Notes: generated from the sequence alone by a model not told the origin. Counted from the stretch's first letter, positions 1-10,577 are shown. The stretch is DNA of 64,000 nt from Candidatus Parcubacteria bacterium (GCA_026395685.1 JAPLYG010000016.1:1035-65034), one strand, 5' to 3'. Program-made: numbers and translations.

Positions 1-30
1 TACATAGAGATGAATTTTGTTGACTTTCAT
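1..30 (-). CDS. 5' end of a gene running off the window (MKVNKIHLYV...)
   Basis: ATG at 30 in AT-rich context just downstream of the deacetylase gene; only 10 codons visible. Confidence 0.3.
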   Translation of the reverse strand, partial: MKVNKIHLYV

Positions 31-54
31 ATTCGAAATTTATTTTTAAAATAC

Positions 55-939
55 TCATTTCCCATTTCTTAATTCATCCAGAAATTTTACCACATTCAAT
101 TCCGGGTAAACGCTTATCCTGGTTAAAGCGAATAAATCATCGGGATTTTGCCAGGCATCCTGATCAAAGGTCAACCCGCTGATGTAACCGGCGCTTTTAG
201 TCTTGTTTTTTATTTCTTCATTATATAGCCCAAAAGGATAAGCCAGGATATTCACCTGTTTATTTAAAAGTTTTTCCAGAAATTCTTTGGAATTAGCCAG
301 CTCAGAATCAATTTCCTCGCTTGTTGCTTTGGTCAATTTCGGATGCCAGACCGTGTGCGAACCGAATTCAACCAGACCGAATTTATCCAATTCTTTTATC
401 TGCTCCTCGGTCAGCCAATCCTCTCCCCTAACCCCTGTCATAATATACATTGATGATTTAACTTGGTACTTCTGCAAAATTGGCCAGGCATTGGTGTAAA
501 AATCCTCATTGCCGTCATCAAAAGTAATGACCATTATTTTATTTTCGGGGATTTGCATTGTCTGCAAATATGAGACAGCCTCGCTGGCAAATACTGCATG
601 GTAACCGTTGTCCATTAAACTTTTAAGCAAAGCTTCAAATTTTTTGGGCTCCAGATAAAAACTTTTACTGATTTTATCAGCGTGCTGAGGGGCTGTACCG
701 ATATGGTGAAAATTTAAAATCGGTAAAAAGGTTGTCTCTCCCGGCTCAATTTTCTTCATTCCGTCATTAATCGCATTTTCTTTTTGCGCTGACGCACTTT
801 CAGTCGAGTCTTGCCAATTATAATCAGAAGGCTGGGATTTAATATTGATAGCCAGATGATCAAGCAAAATAATTATCGCGGCTACCAATAGCCCGATCAT
901 TATATTGATAATTAAATTAAAGTGTTTGTCATTATCCAT
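55..939 (-). CDS. Membrane-anchored polysaccharide deacetylase (CE4/NodB, IcaB-like)
   Basis: N-terminal TM; motifs TFDDG, GSHTVWH, AYPFG. Confidence 0.9.
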   Translation of the reverse strand: MDNDKHFNLIINIMIGLLVAAIIILLDHLAINIKSQPSDYNWQDSTESASAQKENAINDGMKKIEPGETTFLPILNFHHIGTAPQHADKISKSFYLEPKKFEALLKSLMDNGYHAVFASEAVSYLQTMQIPENKIMVITFDDGNEDFYTNAWPILQKYQVKSSMYIMTGVRGEDWLTEEQIKELDKFGLVEFGSHTVWHPKLTKATSEEIDSELANSKEFLEKLLNKQVNILAYPFGLYNEEIKNKTKSAGYISGLTFDQDAWQNPDDLFALTRISVYPELNVVKFLDELRNGK

Positions 940-1063
940 ATTTTCCTTAATTTTAGCATTGATTAACTTATAAAGGCAAATAAAAGAGCCCCTTTTTAGG
1001 ACTCCTTAATATACCGCTAATCAAATTACCAATTACTGATTACTTATTATTAATTTCCCCTAT

Positions 1064-1528
1064 CTACTTTATTCTATTCAGCTTTTTTATCAACTCATGA
1101 TGATCCATGGTAATAATATGCAAATCATGAATTATATTACAGGCGTTTTGCGTATATTTGCGTCGGGGCAATAATTGCCAATGAATATGAGCGATTGAGC
1201 AGCCAGAATATTGGCCGATATTAATACCGCAATTAAATGAATCAGTCTCAAAAAGCCGGCCCAAAGCTTTTTTACTTTTTTCCAACAATTTAAAAAATTC
1301 CGACTGTTCTTCAGTATTTAAATCTTCCAGCTGACAAATATGACGTTTGGGAATTAACATTAAATTCCCGTCTAAATAAGGATATTTATTGGCAAAAACC
1401 AGCCAGTACTTGCCTTCCAAACTCTTGACTGACTGCTGTTTAATCACTTTAGGATCGCAAAAAGAACAAGTCTTGATTTTATTTTTGATCTTGCGGTATT
1501 GCGCACGACCTTTTTCTAAAACTTTCAT
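1064..1528 (-). CDS. HIT-family nucleotide hydrolase/phosphorylase
   Basis: CxxC, NKYPY..G, HIHWQ (HxHxQ) motif. Confidence 0.85.
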   Translation of the reverse strand: MKVLEKGRAQYRKIKNKIKTCSFCDPKVIKQQSVKSLEGKYWLVFANKYPYLDGNLMLIPKRHICQLEDLNTEEQSEFFKLLEKSKKALGRLFETDSFNCGINIGQYSGCSIAHIHWQLLPRRKYTQNACNIIHDLHIITMDHHELIKKLNRIK

Positions 1529-1598
1529 ATTATTTACTAAATTTATTAAATAAAAAAAGCCAGCTATACATATAATATAGCATGGCTAAAATTTTTTG

Positions 1599-2066
1599 TC
1601 AGGACTTTTTAATCCTTTCCATAATCTGCGAAGTGCTCATGTCAGGATGAGAATTACCGAATTCAACGACTTTAATGCCAAGATCACCAGCGATATGGCG
1701 TTTTTCCTCGTTTCTGGCAGCAGAAGTAGTGCTGGAGACAACCAGAATGTCAGGGTTAACCAGCGTAATCAAGAGGTTAATATCGTCAAAAATTACCACA
1801 TTATCCACACCTTTAATGGCTGCTACAACTTCTGCCCGGTATTTTCCCGGAATAATCGGGCGATTCTGCCCCTTCATCTTTTTAACCAAGGCATCGGAAT
1901 TTACGCCCACGACCAGATAGTCCCCCAAAGCAGCTGCATCACACAAATATTTGACATGGCCGACATGAAAAAGATCAAAGACACCGGCAGTTAACACAAT
2001 CTTTTTACCGATTTGTCTTCGCCGGCTAACACTCTCCGATAATTGCGACATCAATAAAACTGCCAT
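1599..2066 (-). CDS. Cytidylyl/adenylyltransferase (RfaE domain II/TagD-like)
   Basis: GVFDLFHVGH (HxGH), LVVGVNSD, RP, STSQI motifs; SD GGGAGG upstream. Confidence 0.85.
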   Translation of the reverse strand: MAVLLMSQLSESVSRRRQIGKKIVLTAGVFDLFHVGHVKYLCDAAALGDYLVVGVNSDALVKKMKGQNRPIIPGKYRAEVVAAIKGVDNVVIFDDINLLITLVNPDILVVSSTTSAARNEEKRHIAGDLGIKVVEFGNSHPDMSTSQIMERIKKS

Positions 2067-2167
2067 CTTACGCCCTCCCTACAATCTGAAAAAGCAAGTT
2101 ATAAGGATAGATTGCCGACAGTTGTTCCTGGAAATATAGTAAAGCTTTTTCTTTTTTTTGACAAGTA

Positions 2168-2188
2168 AAAACCCCGCAAAGCGGGGTT
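2168..2188 (-). terminator. Intrinsic terminator of the ABC/efflux operon
   Basis: AACCCCGC-AAA-GCGGGGTT hairpin with short T-run on minus strand. Confidence 0.65.
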
Positions 2189-2211
2189 AATACTTAAAAA
2201 TATAGTGACTT

Positions 2212-2658
2212 TTATTTCACCGTTGCATTAACTGGTGCAGGATTTAATCCTGGCTTCTGTACAGCAACCGGACGAATCTGGATAGTTTCAGCTGAGATAC
2301 TGCCGTCAGAATTTTCTTTTCCGGTTATCATTAAATTTTGGCCGACAGCCAAATCTTCAGCTGTACCATCAACTGACTTTGATATTTTTGTGGAAGCTGA
2401 AAATAAAATTATTTTCGAGCCATTATCACGGATTTTGATAGATAAACTTTGATCATCTTTCGCAATTACTTCCCCGTTGGTAAAATTAGCGCCATTGGCC
2501 TGTCCTCGCATATTTCCGTTTGGACCTTGGCCTGTCATGCCAGGAAAATTACGAGGTCGACTTTGGCTTTTGCCATAAACCATGCCGCCGTAAAATGAAC
2601 CGCAGCCAATGGCAATGACTATGATGATAACTATAACGATGATCGAATTTTTGTTCAT
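2212..2658 (-). CDS. Membrane-anchored protein (DUF5666-like beta domain)
   Basis: TM, Gly/Asn-rich linker, GEVIAKD...LAVGQ..ITG.ENSDGSISA..IQI; ATG 2658 preferred over GTG 2697, which lies in a palindrome. Confidence 0.7.
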   Translation of the reverse strand: MNKNSIIVIVIIIVIAIGCGSFYGGMVYGKSQSRPRNFPGMTGQGPNGNMRGQANGANFTNGEVIAKDDQSLSIKIRDNGSKIILFSASTKISKSVDGTAEDLAVGQNLMITGKENSDGSISAETIQIRPVAVQKPGLNPAPVNATVK

Positions 2659-2687
2659 AAATTTATAATTAATTATTATTGATACTG

Positions 2688-2739
2688 GCTTTGACACTTT
2701 AGTGTCAAAGCTACGACCTCAAACACTAAAGTGTTTGAG
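2688..2739. repeat. REP-like inverted doublet
   Basis: GCTTTGACAC-TTTA-GTGTCAAAGC and CTCAAACAC-TAAA-GTGTTTGAG palindromes in opposite orientation. Confidence 0.7.
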
Positions 2740-2757
2740 CCTAAAATTAGATAAATA

Positions 2758-3978
2758 TTATTCATATCTAAGCGCCTCAATCGGATTCAAATTCGCTGCC
2801 CGGCGCGCCGGATAATAACCGAAAATAATACCGATTGCTGCTGAGACACCAAACGCTAATAAAATAGAAGACAGTGAAATACTGGTGGCAATACCACCAA
2901 AAATTCTCATACCAATGGAAATCAGCCAGCCGACTATAATGCCTATAATGCCTCCAAAAAAAGTTAAAGTAATTGCTTCAGCTAAAAACTGGCGGCTGAT
3001 CTCAATCTTCTTAGCTCCGATAGCTTTACGCAAACCTATTTCCCTGGTTCTTTCTGTCACATTGGTCAACATCATATTCATAATACCAATACCTCCGACA
3101 ACTAAAGAAATAGCGGCTACTGATGCTAAAAGCATTGTAAAGGTATTGGTAACAGAAGAAGCGGTTTCCACAATATCCGACTGATTCATGATGCTGAAAT
3201 CCGCTGAATCTGAATCTGTAATATTATGGCGAGACATTAATAAATCAGTAATTTCCTGTTCCAAGTTCGACATTGATTTTTCATCATAAGCCTGGACATT
3301 TATGGAATTGACACGCTGGTTGCCTGCCAAAAATTGCTGGGCGGTTGTCATGGGAACAAAAATAATATCATCCTGATTGCTGAAACCAGTACCTCCCTTA
3401 GAGACTGTAACTCCGACTATTTTAAATTCTATTTTATTGATACGTATTGTCTGGCCGACAGGATCAGCATCTTCACCGAAAAGATCATCTCTGACTGAGG
3501 GACCAAGCACTGCTACCCTAGCCATACTGGTTAAATTTTGAGCCGTAATAAAAACCCCGCTTTCAATTTCAATATTTCTGACTGCCGGGTAATCTGCCGT
3601 AACGCCGCTAACCGAGGTATTAGTATTAGTACCTTTGGCAGTTACCTGATAACGTCCTGATACTACCGGCGCTACAGCCTGGGCAGTGGTTTCAGTTCCT
3701 ATCGCATCAGCATCTTCCAGAGTTAAAGTCTGGGCAGAACCGCGGCCTTGGCTGACTTGAGTTCCAGCTCCCCGCTGAAAACCTGGCTGTACCATAATCA
3801 GATTGGAACCAAGATTTTGAATATTTGACTGAATACTTTGCTGTGAGCCCTGACCGATCGCAATCATCGCAATTACTGAACCGATACCGATAACAATGCC
3901 CAAAATGGTCAGGCCGGAACGGGCTTTATTGGTAATCAAAGCTGAATATGTTTCTGAGATTAAATCAGATGTTTTCAT
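2758..3978 (-). CDS. MacB/FtsX-family ABC transporter permease
   Basis: RSGLTILGIVIGI, GGIGIMNMML..VTERTREIGLRKAIGA, PARRAA.LNPIEALRYE. Confidence 0.95.
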   Translation of the reverse strand: MKTSDLISETYSALITNKARSGLTILGIVIGIGSVIAMIAIGQGSQQSIQSNIQNLGSNLIMVQPGFQRGAGTQVSQGRGSAQTLTLEDADAIGTETTAQAVAPVVSGRYQVTAKGTNTNTSVSGVTADYPAVRNIEIESGVFITAQNLTSMARVAVLGPSVRDDLFGEDADPVGQTIRINKIEFKIVGVTVSKGGTGFSNQDDIIFVPMTTAQQFLAGNQRVNSINVQAYDEKSMSNLEQEITDLLMSRHNITDSDSADFSIMNQSDIVETASSVTNTFTMLLASVAAISLVVGGIGIMNMMLTNVTERTREIGLRKAIGAKKIEISRQFLAEAITLTFFGGIIGIIVGWLISIGMRIFGGIATSISLSSILLAFGVSAAIGIIFGYYPARRAANLNPIEALRYE

Positions 3979-3981
3979 AAA

Positions 3982-4686
3982 TTATTGTTTTATAATCTTT
4001 TTTTTACCATTTTTATTATCCTGCACAATAAGACCGTCACGAATCTGAATAATCCGATCGGCATGCTCGGCCACATCATGCTCATGAGTAATTAAAATAA
4101 TAGTATGATTTTGCTTTTCATTAAGCTCTTGAAATGTTCCCAATACTATTTCACCGGTTTTGGTATCCAGATTGCCAGTCGGTTCATCAGCCAGAATCAA
4201 TTTGGGGTTATTAACTAAGGCGCGGGCAATGGCAACACGTTGCATCTGGCCACCTGAGAGCTGATTGGATAAATGGTAATAATGAGATTCATCAAGGCCG
4301 ACATTTTTCAAAGCTTGCCTGGCGATCTTTTCCCGATCTTCCCTTTTTACCCCGGAATAGATAAAAGGCAAAAGCACATTACGCATTACCGTAGCGCGCC
4401 GCAATAAATTAAAAGACTGAAATACAAAACCAATCTTATTTTTTCTGATATCTGCCAATTCATCATCGGAAAGTTTGGCGACATCCTGTCCGTCAAAAAA
4501 ATATTGACCAGTCGTCGGCGTATCCAACGCCCCCAGAATGTGCATTAAAGTTGATTTACCAGACCCAGAGGGGCCGATAATAGCTACAAACTCTCCATCT
4601 TTAATAGTAAAAGACAAACCATTAAGCACAACCGTTTCATTATCTCCGTTAATATATTTTTTAGTAATATTTCTACATTCAATCAT
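3982..4686 (-). CDS. MacB/LolD-type ABC transporter ATP-binding protein
   Basis: [25 protein letters not shown]. Confidence 0.95.
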   Translation of the reverse strand: MIECRNITKKYINGDNETVVLNGLSFTIKDGEFVAIIGPSGSGKSTLMHILGALDTPTTGQYFFDGQDVAKLSDDELADIRKNKIGFVFQSFNLLRRATVMRNVLLPFIYSGVKREDREKIARQALKNVGLDESHYYHLSNQLSGGQMQRVAIARALVNNPKLILADEPTGNLDTKTGEIVLGTFQELNEKQNHTIILITHEHDVAEHADRIIQIRDGLIVQDNKNGKKKIIKQ

Positions 4687-4703
4687 ATAAATAAGCTATT
4701 TTT

Positions 4704-6626
4704 TTATCTGCCGGGAGCGCCGCCGCCCATCATAAACAGGCTACGATTTGACGAAGATTGAGTTGTTGTACTTCTGGCATTGGTAGATGAATTAATAGTT
4801 CGGGTTATGATCTGAGCACCCACTGCCAAACCTTCTGTAATCTCGGTATATGAATCATTTGCTAAGCCGACCTGAACAATTTGCTGTTTGGGAGTTTTCT
4901 TTAAAATAACACCGGAATTATCAGTTGTCACTTCGACTTCTTCATCTGGGATTTCCACATAATTTACTCCGCCTGCTGTTTTAATTGCAGCGTTTGGGAC
5001 CATTAAAACATCCTGTTTAATATCAGTTATTATCGCCGCTGAAACGCTCATCCCTGATTTTACTCTTTCATCTTGAGTATCGAAAACTATTTTGACATTA
5101 TAAGTTACCACGCCCTGACTAACTGTACCGATAATATCAACATCTGCCACTCTTCCGCTGATGCTTAAATCGCTGATTGCGTCAAAAGTCAAAGTAACTT
5201 TCTGATCAACCTTTACTTTGGCGACATCAACTTCATTTAAAGAAATTTCAGCCATAAATTGTTTTGTAATTAATGTAGCTATTGCAGAACCAGCAGTAAC
5301 ATCATCATTAACGTCAATATCAATTGAGGCAATAAGACCGTCAAACGGAGCCCGCACGATATAATCACTTAAAATTTCCTGCGCATCAACCAAATCATTT
5401 TGACGTTGTTGTAAGGTCAGCTCGGCAGCGCGGAGTTCAAGTACATCAGGACCGTCTTTTAATTCCTCTAAATACGCCTCTTTTTCTTTAACTGTTAATT
5501 CTGCTGACTGCAAATCGTAAGGATTATTGTAATCATAATTATCCAAATTTCTAATTGCATCAGTTAAAGCCTGCTCATTATCTCTCAAAGTTGTTTGGCT
5601 TGAAGTTAATTTTGACAAATGATTGTCAATCTGCCCGATATATCCAGCTAAATCAGACTGATAATCCCGCACGGCCTGAAATATCGACTGATCACTCGCA
5701 GAACGAATATCGACCCAAGTATCAATATAGTTCTTTTCACTTTTAGCAGCTTGGGACATAGCCCTTACAGTCTCCAGTGTTTCTGACAAGACTGCTGCAA
5801 TTTCTTCATTATTAGAATAGCGGGTAATCTTTTTATAATTTTCAAAATTTACACTATACTTAGTGCGAGCATTATTATAATCATCTATTGTGCCATTTTG
5901 CAAAATTTCAAACTCAGATTTATCCTTGGCTGAACTAATAGAGTTGATCAAAGAACTTTTATTATCCTGACCCTTGGAAAAAAAATATTCAGCGTTGCTT
6001 AAATCATTACTATAAAGCACATCTTCCAAAGCTGTAATAATCGTCGGCAAATCTATAAAGGCATCGGAAATATTGCTGAAAGCGTCATCATAGCCTTTTT
6101 CTAAATTATCAATGGCGTTTTCTTTGGCAACTTTTGCTTTTTCAATATCCAATGGCTGTGTTTGCTTTAATTGCTCTAAAGTTGCCTTGGCACGCGTTAA
6201 ATCATTTTCAGCCTGTAATAATTCCAAAGCGGTCACAGATTCCTTTAATTTATTTAACGATAACTGCGCAGTTTCCAAATTAACCTGGGCATCACGCAAT
6301 GTTTTATAAGCATCATTGGCATCAATTTTAGCTATAACATCGCCAGCCTTAACCTCCTTTCCCTTTTTTGCTGAAATACCTATTACCGTGCCAGATACTT
6401 TTGACTTTATATCCAGTTCATTTTCTGAAGATACCTGTCCGCTGCCGCTTACTGAAGTAATAATTGTCCCTTTTTCTACAGTTGCAATGACATAACGAGT
6501 CGGCTCTGATTTTCCCGTCATAGACTTTACTAAAAAGTAACCAACAATAATTAAAACGGCAATGATAACCGCAGTAACAATTTTTCTTTTAGCTACAAAC
6601 TGAAAAATTCCATTTAGTATCTTCAT
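4704..6626 (-). CDS. Efflux periplasmic adaptor (MacA/HlyD-like) with very long coiled coil
   Basis: TM, lipoyl halves (SKVSGTV...GKEVKAGD; VRAPFDG), beta-barrel NEVDVAKVKVDQ. Confidence 0.9.
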   Translation of the reverse strand: MKILNGIFQFVAKRKIVTAVIIAVLIIVGYFLVKSMTGKSEPTRYVIATVEKGTIITSVSGSGQVSSENELDIKSKVSGTVIGISAKKGKEVKAGDVIAKIDANDAYKTLRDAQVNLETAQLSLNKLKESVTALELLQAENDLTRAKATLEQLKQTQPLDIEKAKVAKENAIDNLEKGYDDAFSNISDAFIDLPTIITALEDVLYSNDLSNAEYFFSKGQDNKSSLINSISSAKDKSEFEILQNGTIDDYNNARTKYSVNFENYKKITRYSNNEEIAAVLSETLETVRAMSQAAKSEKNYIDTWVDIRSASDQSIFQAVRDYQSDLAGYIGQIDNHLSKLTSSQTTLRDNEQALTDAIRNLDNYDYNNPYDLQSAELTVKEKEAYLEELKDGPDVLELRAAELTLQQRQNDLVDAQEILSDYIVRAPFDGLIASIDIDVNDDVTAGSAIATLITKQFMAEISLNEVDVAKVKVDQKVTLTFDAISDLSISGRVADVDIIGTVSQGVVTYNVKIVFDTQDERVKSGMSVSAAIITDIKQDVLMVPNAAIKTAGGVNYVEIPDEEVEVTTDNSGVILKKTPKQQIVQVGLANDSYTEITEGLAVGAQIITRTINSSTNARSTTTQSSSNRSLFMMGGGAPGR

Positions 6627-7169
6627 TTATTTGGCATTAATATTTAAAGTATTATCGAAGGGGGCAGCTTTATCAGGACTATCAATAGGCGCTAAGGGCT
6701 GACCATTTAAATTGTTTTTAGGGGGTTGTGGCATAAGTCTGATCAACCTAGCTTCAATTTGCCCCTGGCTATTCGGGTCACCAATAACAACAATCACCTC
6801 ATCTATTTTTAAATCCGAGATTTTGATTGTTTGATCAAAGCTTTTTATCACTGTCTTATCGTCAGTTGAAATGACTTTTTCAATATCATTTCTTCCTTTA
6901 ATGACAATGCTATTGCCCTCAACTTTTAATATTTGCCCGAAAATCCCGTTTGCTTCCATAAAATCTCGGTCGCGAAAACCCTTTAAAAAACCTTCTTTGG
7001 GTCCGGCGAAATTACGCTGATAATTATCATTCCAATGGCAGGAAAAGTCAGCCTTTTTACCACCTACAATCATCCCCGCTTTAAAAATAAGCAAAACAAT
7101 AATTAAGATACCCAGGATGATAATAATTGCCTGAAAAGATTTGGATTGAAAAATTTTATTAATGTCCAT
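6627..7169 (-). CDS. Membrane-anchored hypothetical (DUF5666-like)
   Basis: TM then G.I.KVEG...DLKIDE.IVVIG.PN..GQIEARLIR. Confidence 0.65.
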   Translation of the reverse strand: MDINKIFQSKSFQAIIIILGILIIVLLIFKAGMIVGGKKADFSCHWNDNYQRNFAGPKEGFLKGFRDRDFMEANGIFGQILKVEGNSIVIKGRNDIEKVISTDDKTVIKSFDQTIKISDLKIDEVIVVIGDPNSQGQIEARLIRLMPQPPKNNLNGQPLAPIDSPDKAAPFDNTLNINAK

Positions 7170-7183
7170 ATATTTATAAATTA

Positions 7184-7591
7184 TTAAATAATATTTAATC
7201 TAAATTTTTTCGCGTTATTGGCTAACAATCTGACAGACTCGCAAAAAGCCAGAGTACATACCAACAATAAAACCAAGCTGCTTATCGGCAAGCTTTCAGC
7301 TAAAGACATTAAATAATTCTGCCAATAAGACATCAAAATTTCATGATCTGAAAAAAGCAGGGTAAAAAACTGCCAAAAGCCTGTTTCTGCCAAATTAGAT
7401 CTAAAAACCATAAACGCAAAAACAGCAGCTACAGCCGATACTGTGCTGGAAACTGCAAATAATACTACTTTCAATTTCAATATCCTGGAATTGCTTAAAG
7501 CGTTGATCCTGGAAATTATTATTGCCTGGAGTTCTGCTGGCGGCTGCGGAGAATTTAATTTTGTGAACAATCTTTCAAAATCAGGTCTCAT
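7184..7591 (-). CDS. Putative membrane anti-sigma factor
   Basis: Directly downstream of ECF sigma; N-terminal PPAEL...I motif then TM helices; ATG 7591. Confidence 0.55.
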   Translation of the reverse strand: MRPDFERLFTKLNSPQPPAELQAIIISRINALSNSRILKLKVVLFAVSSTVSAVAAVFAFMVFRSNLAETGFWQFFTLLFSDHEILMSYWQNYLMSLAESLPISSLVLLLVCTLAFCESVRLLANNAKKFRLNII

Positions 7592-7633
7592 ATAACTCAA
7601 ATTAATAATAAAAAAAGACCTCCTACTATATAA

Positions 7634-7660
7634 TACGTGGCAGGTCTTTCTTTTGGTGCA
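7634..7660 (-). promoter_or_regulatory. ECF-type promoter TGCACC-N17-CGTA for the efflux operon, overlapping the sigma gene terminator
   Basis: Resembles SigW-type TGAAAC/CGTA; hairpin AAAGACCT...AGGTCTTTTTT. Confidence 0.5.
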
Positions 7661-7667
7661 AAGTTGC

Positions 7668-8234
7668 TTACTTTTTGATTAAAAGTCTGCGTAATTGGGT
7701 AATTGCCCGTAGATGCTGGCTTTTGACTGTATTCAAGGGTTTATTTAATATCTCACTAATTTCGAAAAAGGTTAAACCATCCTTATAATGCAGGCTGACT
7801 ACTAAACGGTAACTAAAAGGTAATTTATCTAAAATTCGAGATAGTTCTTCTGCCAGATTCTGCCTATCCCAAATTTCTGATGGCAAGGGCGCCGGATCAG
7901 AATAAGCCTCTTCCAGATTAATATCGTTATAAGACGCATTCAACTCTGAAAAAGTAAGATCTTTTTTCCGCCTAAAAAAATCAAGAGCCGTATTTTTGGC
8001 AATTATATAAAGCCATGATTTAAAATTTTTTTTATGGTCAAATTTTTTCAAATTGCTCCAGACTTTTATAAATGCATTCTGAGTAATATCCTGGGCATCG
8101 GCATTGTTTTTTACAAAATAATAAACAAAACGGTAAACCGCCTGAAAATAACGGCCGATTAAAATTTCCAGAGCAGCCTGGTCATGATTTAAGAGATAAG
8201 CATTAATTAATTTCTGGTCTGTAAAATTATCCAT
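7668..8234 (-). CDS. ECF RNA polymerase sigma factor (sigma-24 family)
   Basis: DAQDITQNAFIKVW, FKSWLYIIAKN.ALD, region 4 EISEILNKPLNTVKS. Confidence 0.95.
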   Translation of the reverse strand: MDNFTDQKLINAYLLNHDQAALEILIGRYFQAVYRFVYYFVKNNADAQDITQNAFIKVWSNLKKFDHKKNFKSWLYIIAKNTALDFFRRKKDLTFSELNASYNDINLEEAYSDPAPLPSEIWDRQNLAEELSRILDKLPFSYRLVVSLHYKDGLTFFEISEILNKPLNTVKSQHLRAITQLRRLLIKK

Positions 8235-8340
8235 ATAAAATAATTATTTTCAGAATAACATAGAATAAGGCAAATAGAAAGTTAATTCTTTCCCTAAATA
8301 AAAAAACTCCGTTTTACGGAGCTTTTTTATTATTTTATTT

Positions 8341-9655
8341 TTAACGTCTGCGCCTGTTAAATGGTTTTGAGCTGCTGCTGCGATGCGGACGATGAGATCT
8401 TTTAAAATTATGTGAACTCGGCTTATCATTACTTTCCTGCGACTGTGTCTGCCCCTGTTCCCGAAATTTTGGAAACTGTATATTGAATTGGTCACGTTCT
8501 CCTTGAGCCTGAAACGGACGATGTCGACGGCCGCCTTGGAACTGGAAAGGCCGTTCGCGTCTTTCACCTAACGCCTTAAATGTAGATTGTCCCTGTCTGC
8601 TTTGAGCCAAAAATGGACGATCATTTCTAGACTGGCTTCGGAAAGGGCGTTGTCCGCGACCAGCTTGAAATCTAATCTTCAGTATTATCGGGTAAATCAA
8701 AATTTATTACATAAGCAATATCAGTAACATCAATGCCGCGGGAAGCAATATCCGTGGCCACTAAAATGCGGTAACGTCCTGTTTTAAAGCCTTTCAAGGC
8801 TTCTGTGCGCTGCGCTAAAGAGCGGTTGGAATGAATTTCAGCAGCCGGAAAGCCCATAGCTTTTAAATTGGCGGTTATTTTTTTGGCGCCAAATTTTGTA
8901 CGGCTAAAAATCAGGACAGTCCCCTGCGTATCAGTCAGCAATTTGTCCAAAAGCCTCATTTTATTTTCCTTCGGTACGATAAATAATTCTTGCTCCACGT
9001 TTTTGGCAGCAGTGCCAGCAGGTGCAACTTCAATTCGCAAAGGCAATTTCAGATAATTGGCAGCCAATTCAGCGATTGATTGCGGCATTGTAGCGGAAAA
9101 CATAAAAGTTTGGCGTTCAGACGGAGTCGCGCTTAAGATTCTTTTAATGTCGGGAATAAAGCCGATATCAAGCATACGATCACCCTCATCTAAGACCACA
9201 ATTTTAACCTGCTGTAAGGTTAAATTTTTTTCCTTCAAATGATTGAGTAAACGGCCGGGAGTGGAAATAATTACATGCGGGTTAGCTTTAATTTTTTGTT
9301 TCTGATCATAAGCAGAAGCACCGCCGATAATAGTCGCTGTTTTCAAACCGATATTTCTACCGATTTGCTGAAAAACATCATCAACCTGCAAAGCTAATTC
9401 GCGGGTCGGCAGTAAAATCAAAGCCTGGCCTTTTTTCTCAGCCAAAATCTGAATAATCGGCAAAGCAAAAGCAAGAGTTTTACCCGTGCCTGTTTGGGCA
9501 ATACCCACGATGTCTTTTCCTGCCAAAGCCAAAGGAATGCATTGTTCCTGAATTGGAGTAGGTTGGGAAAATTTAAGATTGGCCAGAATCTGCAATAATT
9601 TTGGCGAAACGCCTAAATCAGCAAAACTGGCAGTTTTTTTGTTAACTGTTGTCAT
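8341..9655 (-). pseudogene. DEAD-box RNA helicase (RhlE-like), interrupted: motif VI deleted, basic tail out of frame
   Basis: Q motif, GTGKT, PTRELA, DEGD, SAT, DIASRGID present; TAG after LPDNTED; R/Q-rich tail continues in the 8341..8700 frame; ATG at 9655. Confidence 0.8.
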
Positions 9656-9761
9656 ATTTTTAATTAATTTGACCCGAGTTCCTTGGTGGGCCAAATCAAT
9701 ATGACACATTTGAGGTTCGAGTCCTGCAGCAATAAAAGCTGCTTATTTAGTTGAGATATTC

Positions 9762-9790
9762 ATTATACTACATTAAATTGTTATTGTCAA
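9762..9790 (-). promoter_or_regulatory. Consensus sigma70 promoter of the helicase
   Basis: TTGACA-N17-TATAAT exact. Confidence 0.8.
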
Positions 9791-10036
9791 TTAAACACCC
9801 CCAAGTCGAGACTTTTAAATGATTTAATACTATTTCTAAATCTTGACTTTCCAAGGTTTTTTGTATAAAATAAGAATAACTGTTTCTGAATATTTTTAGT
9901 GTTTAATATTCAATATTTCAAAATCGGTGGGCTGGTCGGAGCAGGAAAGCGGTTGAACTATAAATTTATAAGACACGTATCACAATTAACGATATACGAA
10001 ACGAACATCGATACCGATTAACGTTTCACGATTTTT

Positions 10037-10108
10037 TGGGGAGTCGCCAAGTGGTAAGGCACCGCCCTTTGGAGGCGGCATTCATAGGTTCGAATCCTAT
10101 CTCCCCAG
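10037..10108 (+). tRNA. tRNA-Gln(TTG)
   Basis: Acceptor TGGGGAG/CTCCCCA, anticodon arm CCGCC-CTTTGGA-GGCGG, GGTTCGAATCC. Confidence 0.95.
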
Positions 10109-10194
10109 CCTTCGTTCGCCGTAGCCCTGCTCCGCAGGGCGAAGGCGAACCTTCGCTTCAAAGTTTTGCCGGTACTACGGCGAACTTCGGCTGG
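10106..10194. repeat. 89-bp nested palindromic element, copy 1
   Basis: 86/89 identical to 11183..11271 (compared by eye). Confidence 0.9.
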
Positions 10195-10260
10195 TTTAGA
10201 CCAGCTATATGTGGATATAACTTTCGACAGGCTTCGGCTGGCTCGGGCCAGCTAAATTAT

Positions 10261-10500
10261 ATGAAAATAGTTTATATAATTCAAAGTCAAAAAGACTTCA
10301 GTACTTATATCGGTGTTACTTCTGACTTAGAGGATCGTTTAAAACGCCATAACCATGGCGAAGTTTATACAACTAAAACAAGGATACCGTGGAAAATAAT
10401 TTGCTATTTTACTTTTACTTATAATCAGACCACTTACGATTTTGAGAGGTATTTAAAAACAGGAAGTGGTAGAGCTTTTCTTAATAAACATTTGTTATAA
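10261..10500 (+). CDS. Small GIY-YIG nuclease (UPF0213-like)
   Basis: VYII.S....YIG.T.DL..RL..HN.G, FERYLKTGSGRAF; true start ATG 10261. Confidence 0.9.
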   Translation: MKIVYIIQSQKDFSTYIGVTSDLEDRLKRHNHGEVYTTKTRIPWKIICYFTFTYNQTTYDFERYLKTGSGRAFLNKHLL

Positions 10501-10577
10501 TCAATCCACAGGACGTACTCTTAAGCGCACATCTGCTTTATTAATTATCTAAGATTAGTAAATCACTTTTTAAGAAA

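Noticed and set aside
8660-8700. Programmed frameshift or readthrough in the helicase
   Set aside because: Motif VI is absent in all frames, so recoding cannot restore the protein; no slippery site seen.
9713-9725. AGGTTCGAGTCCT as part of a tRNA
   Set aside because: Isolated T-loop-like hairpin with no acceptor, D or anticodon arms.
10036-10260. N-terminal 75 aa of ORF 10036..10500
   Set aside because: It translates tRNA-Gln and the palindromic repeat; the GIY-YIG domain starts at ATG 10261.
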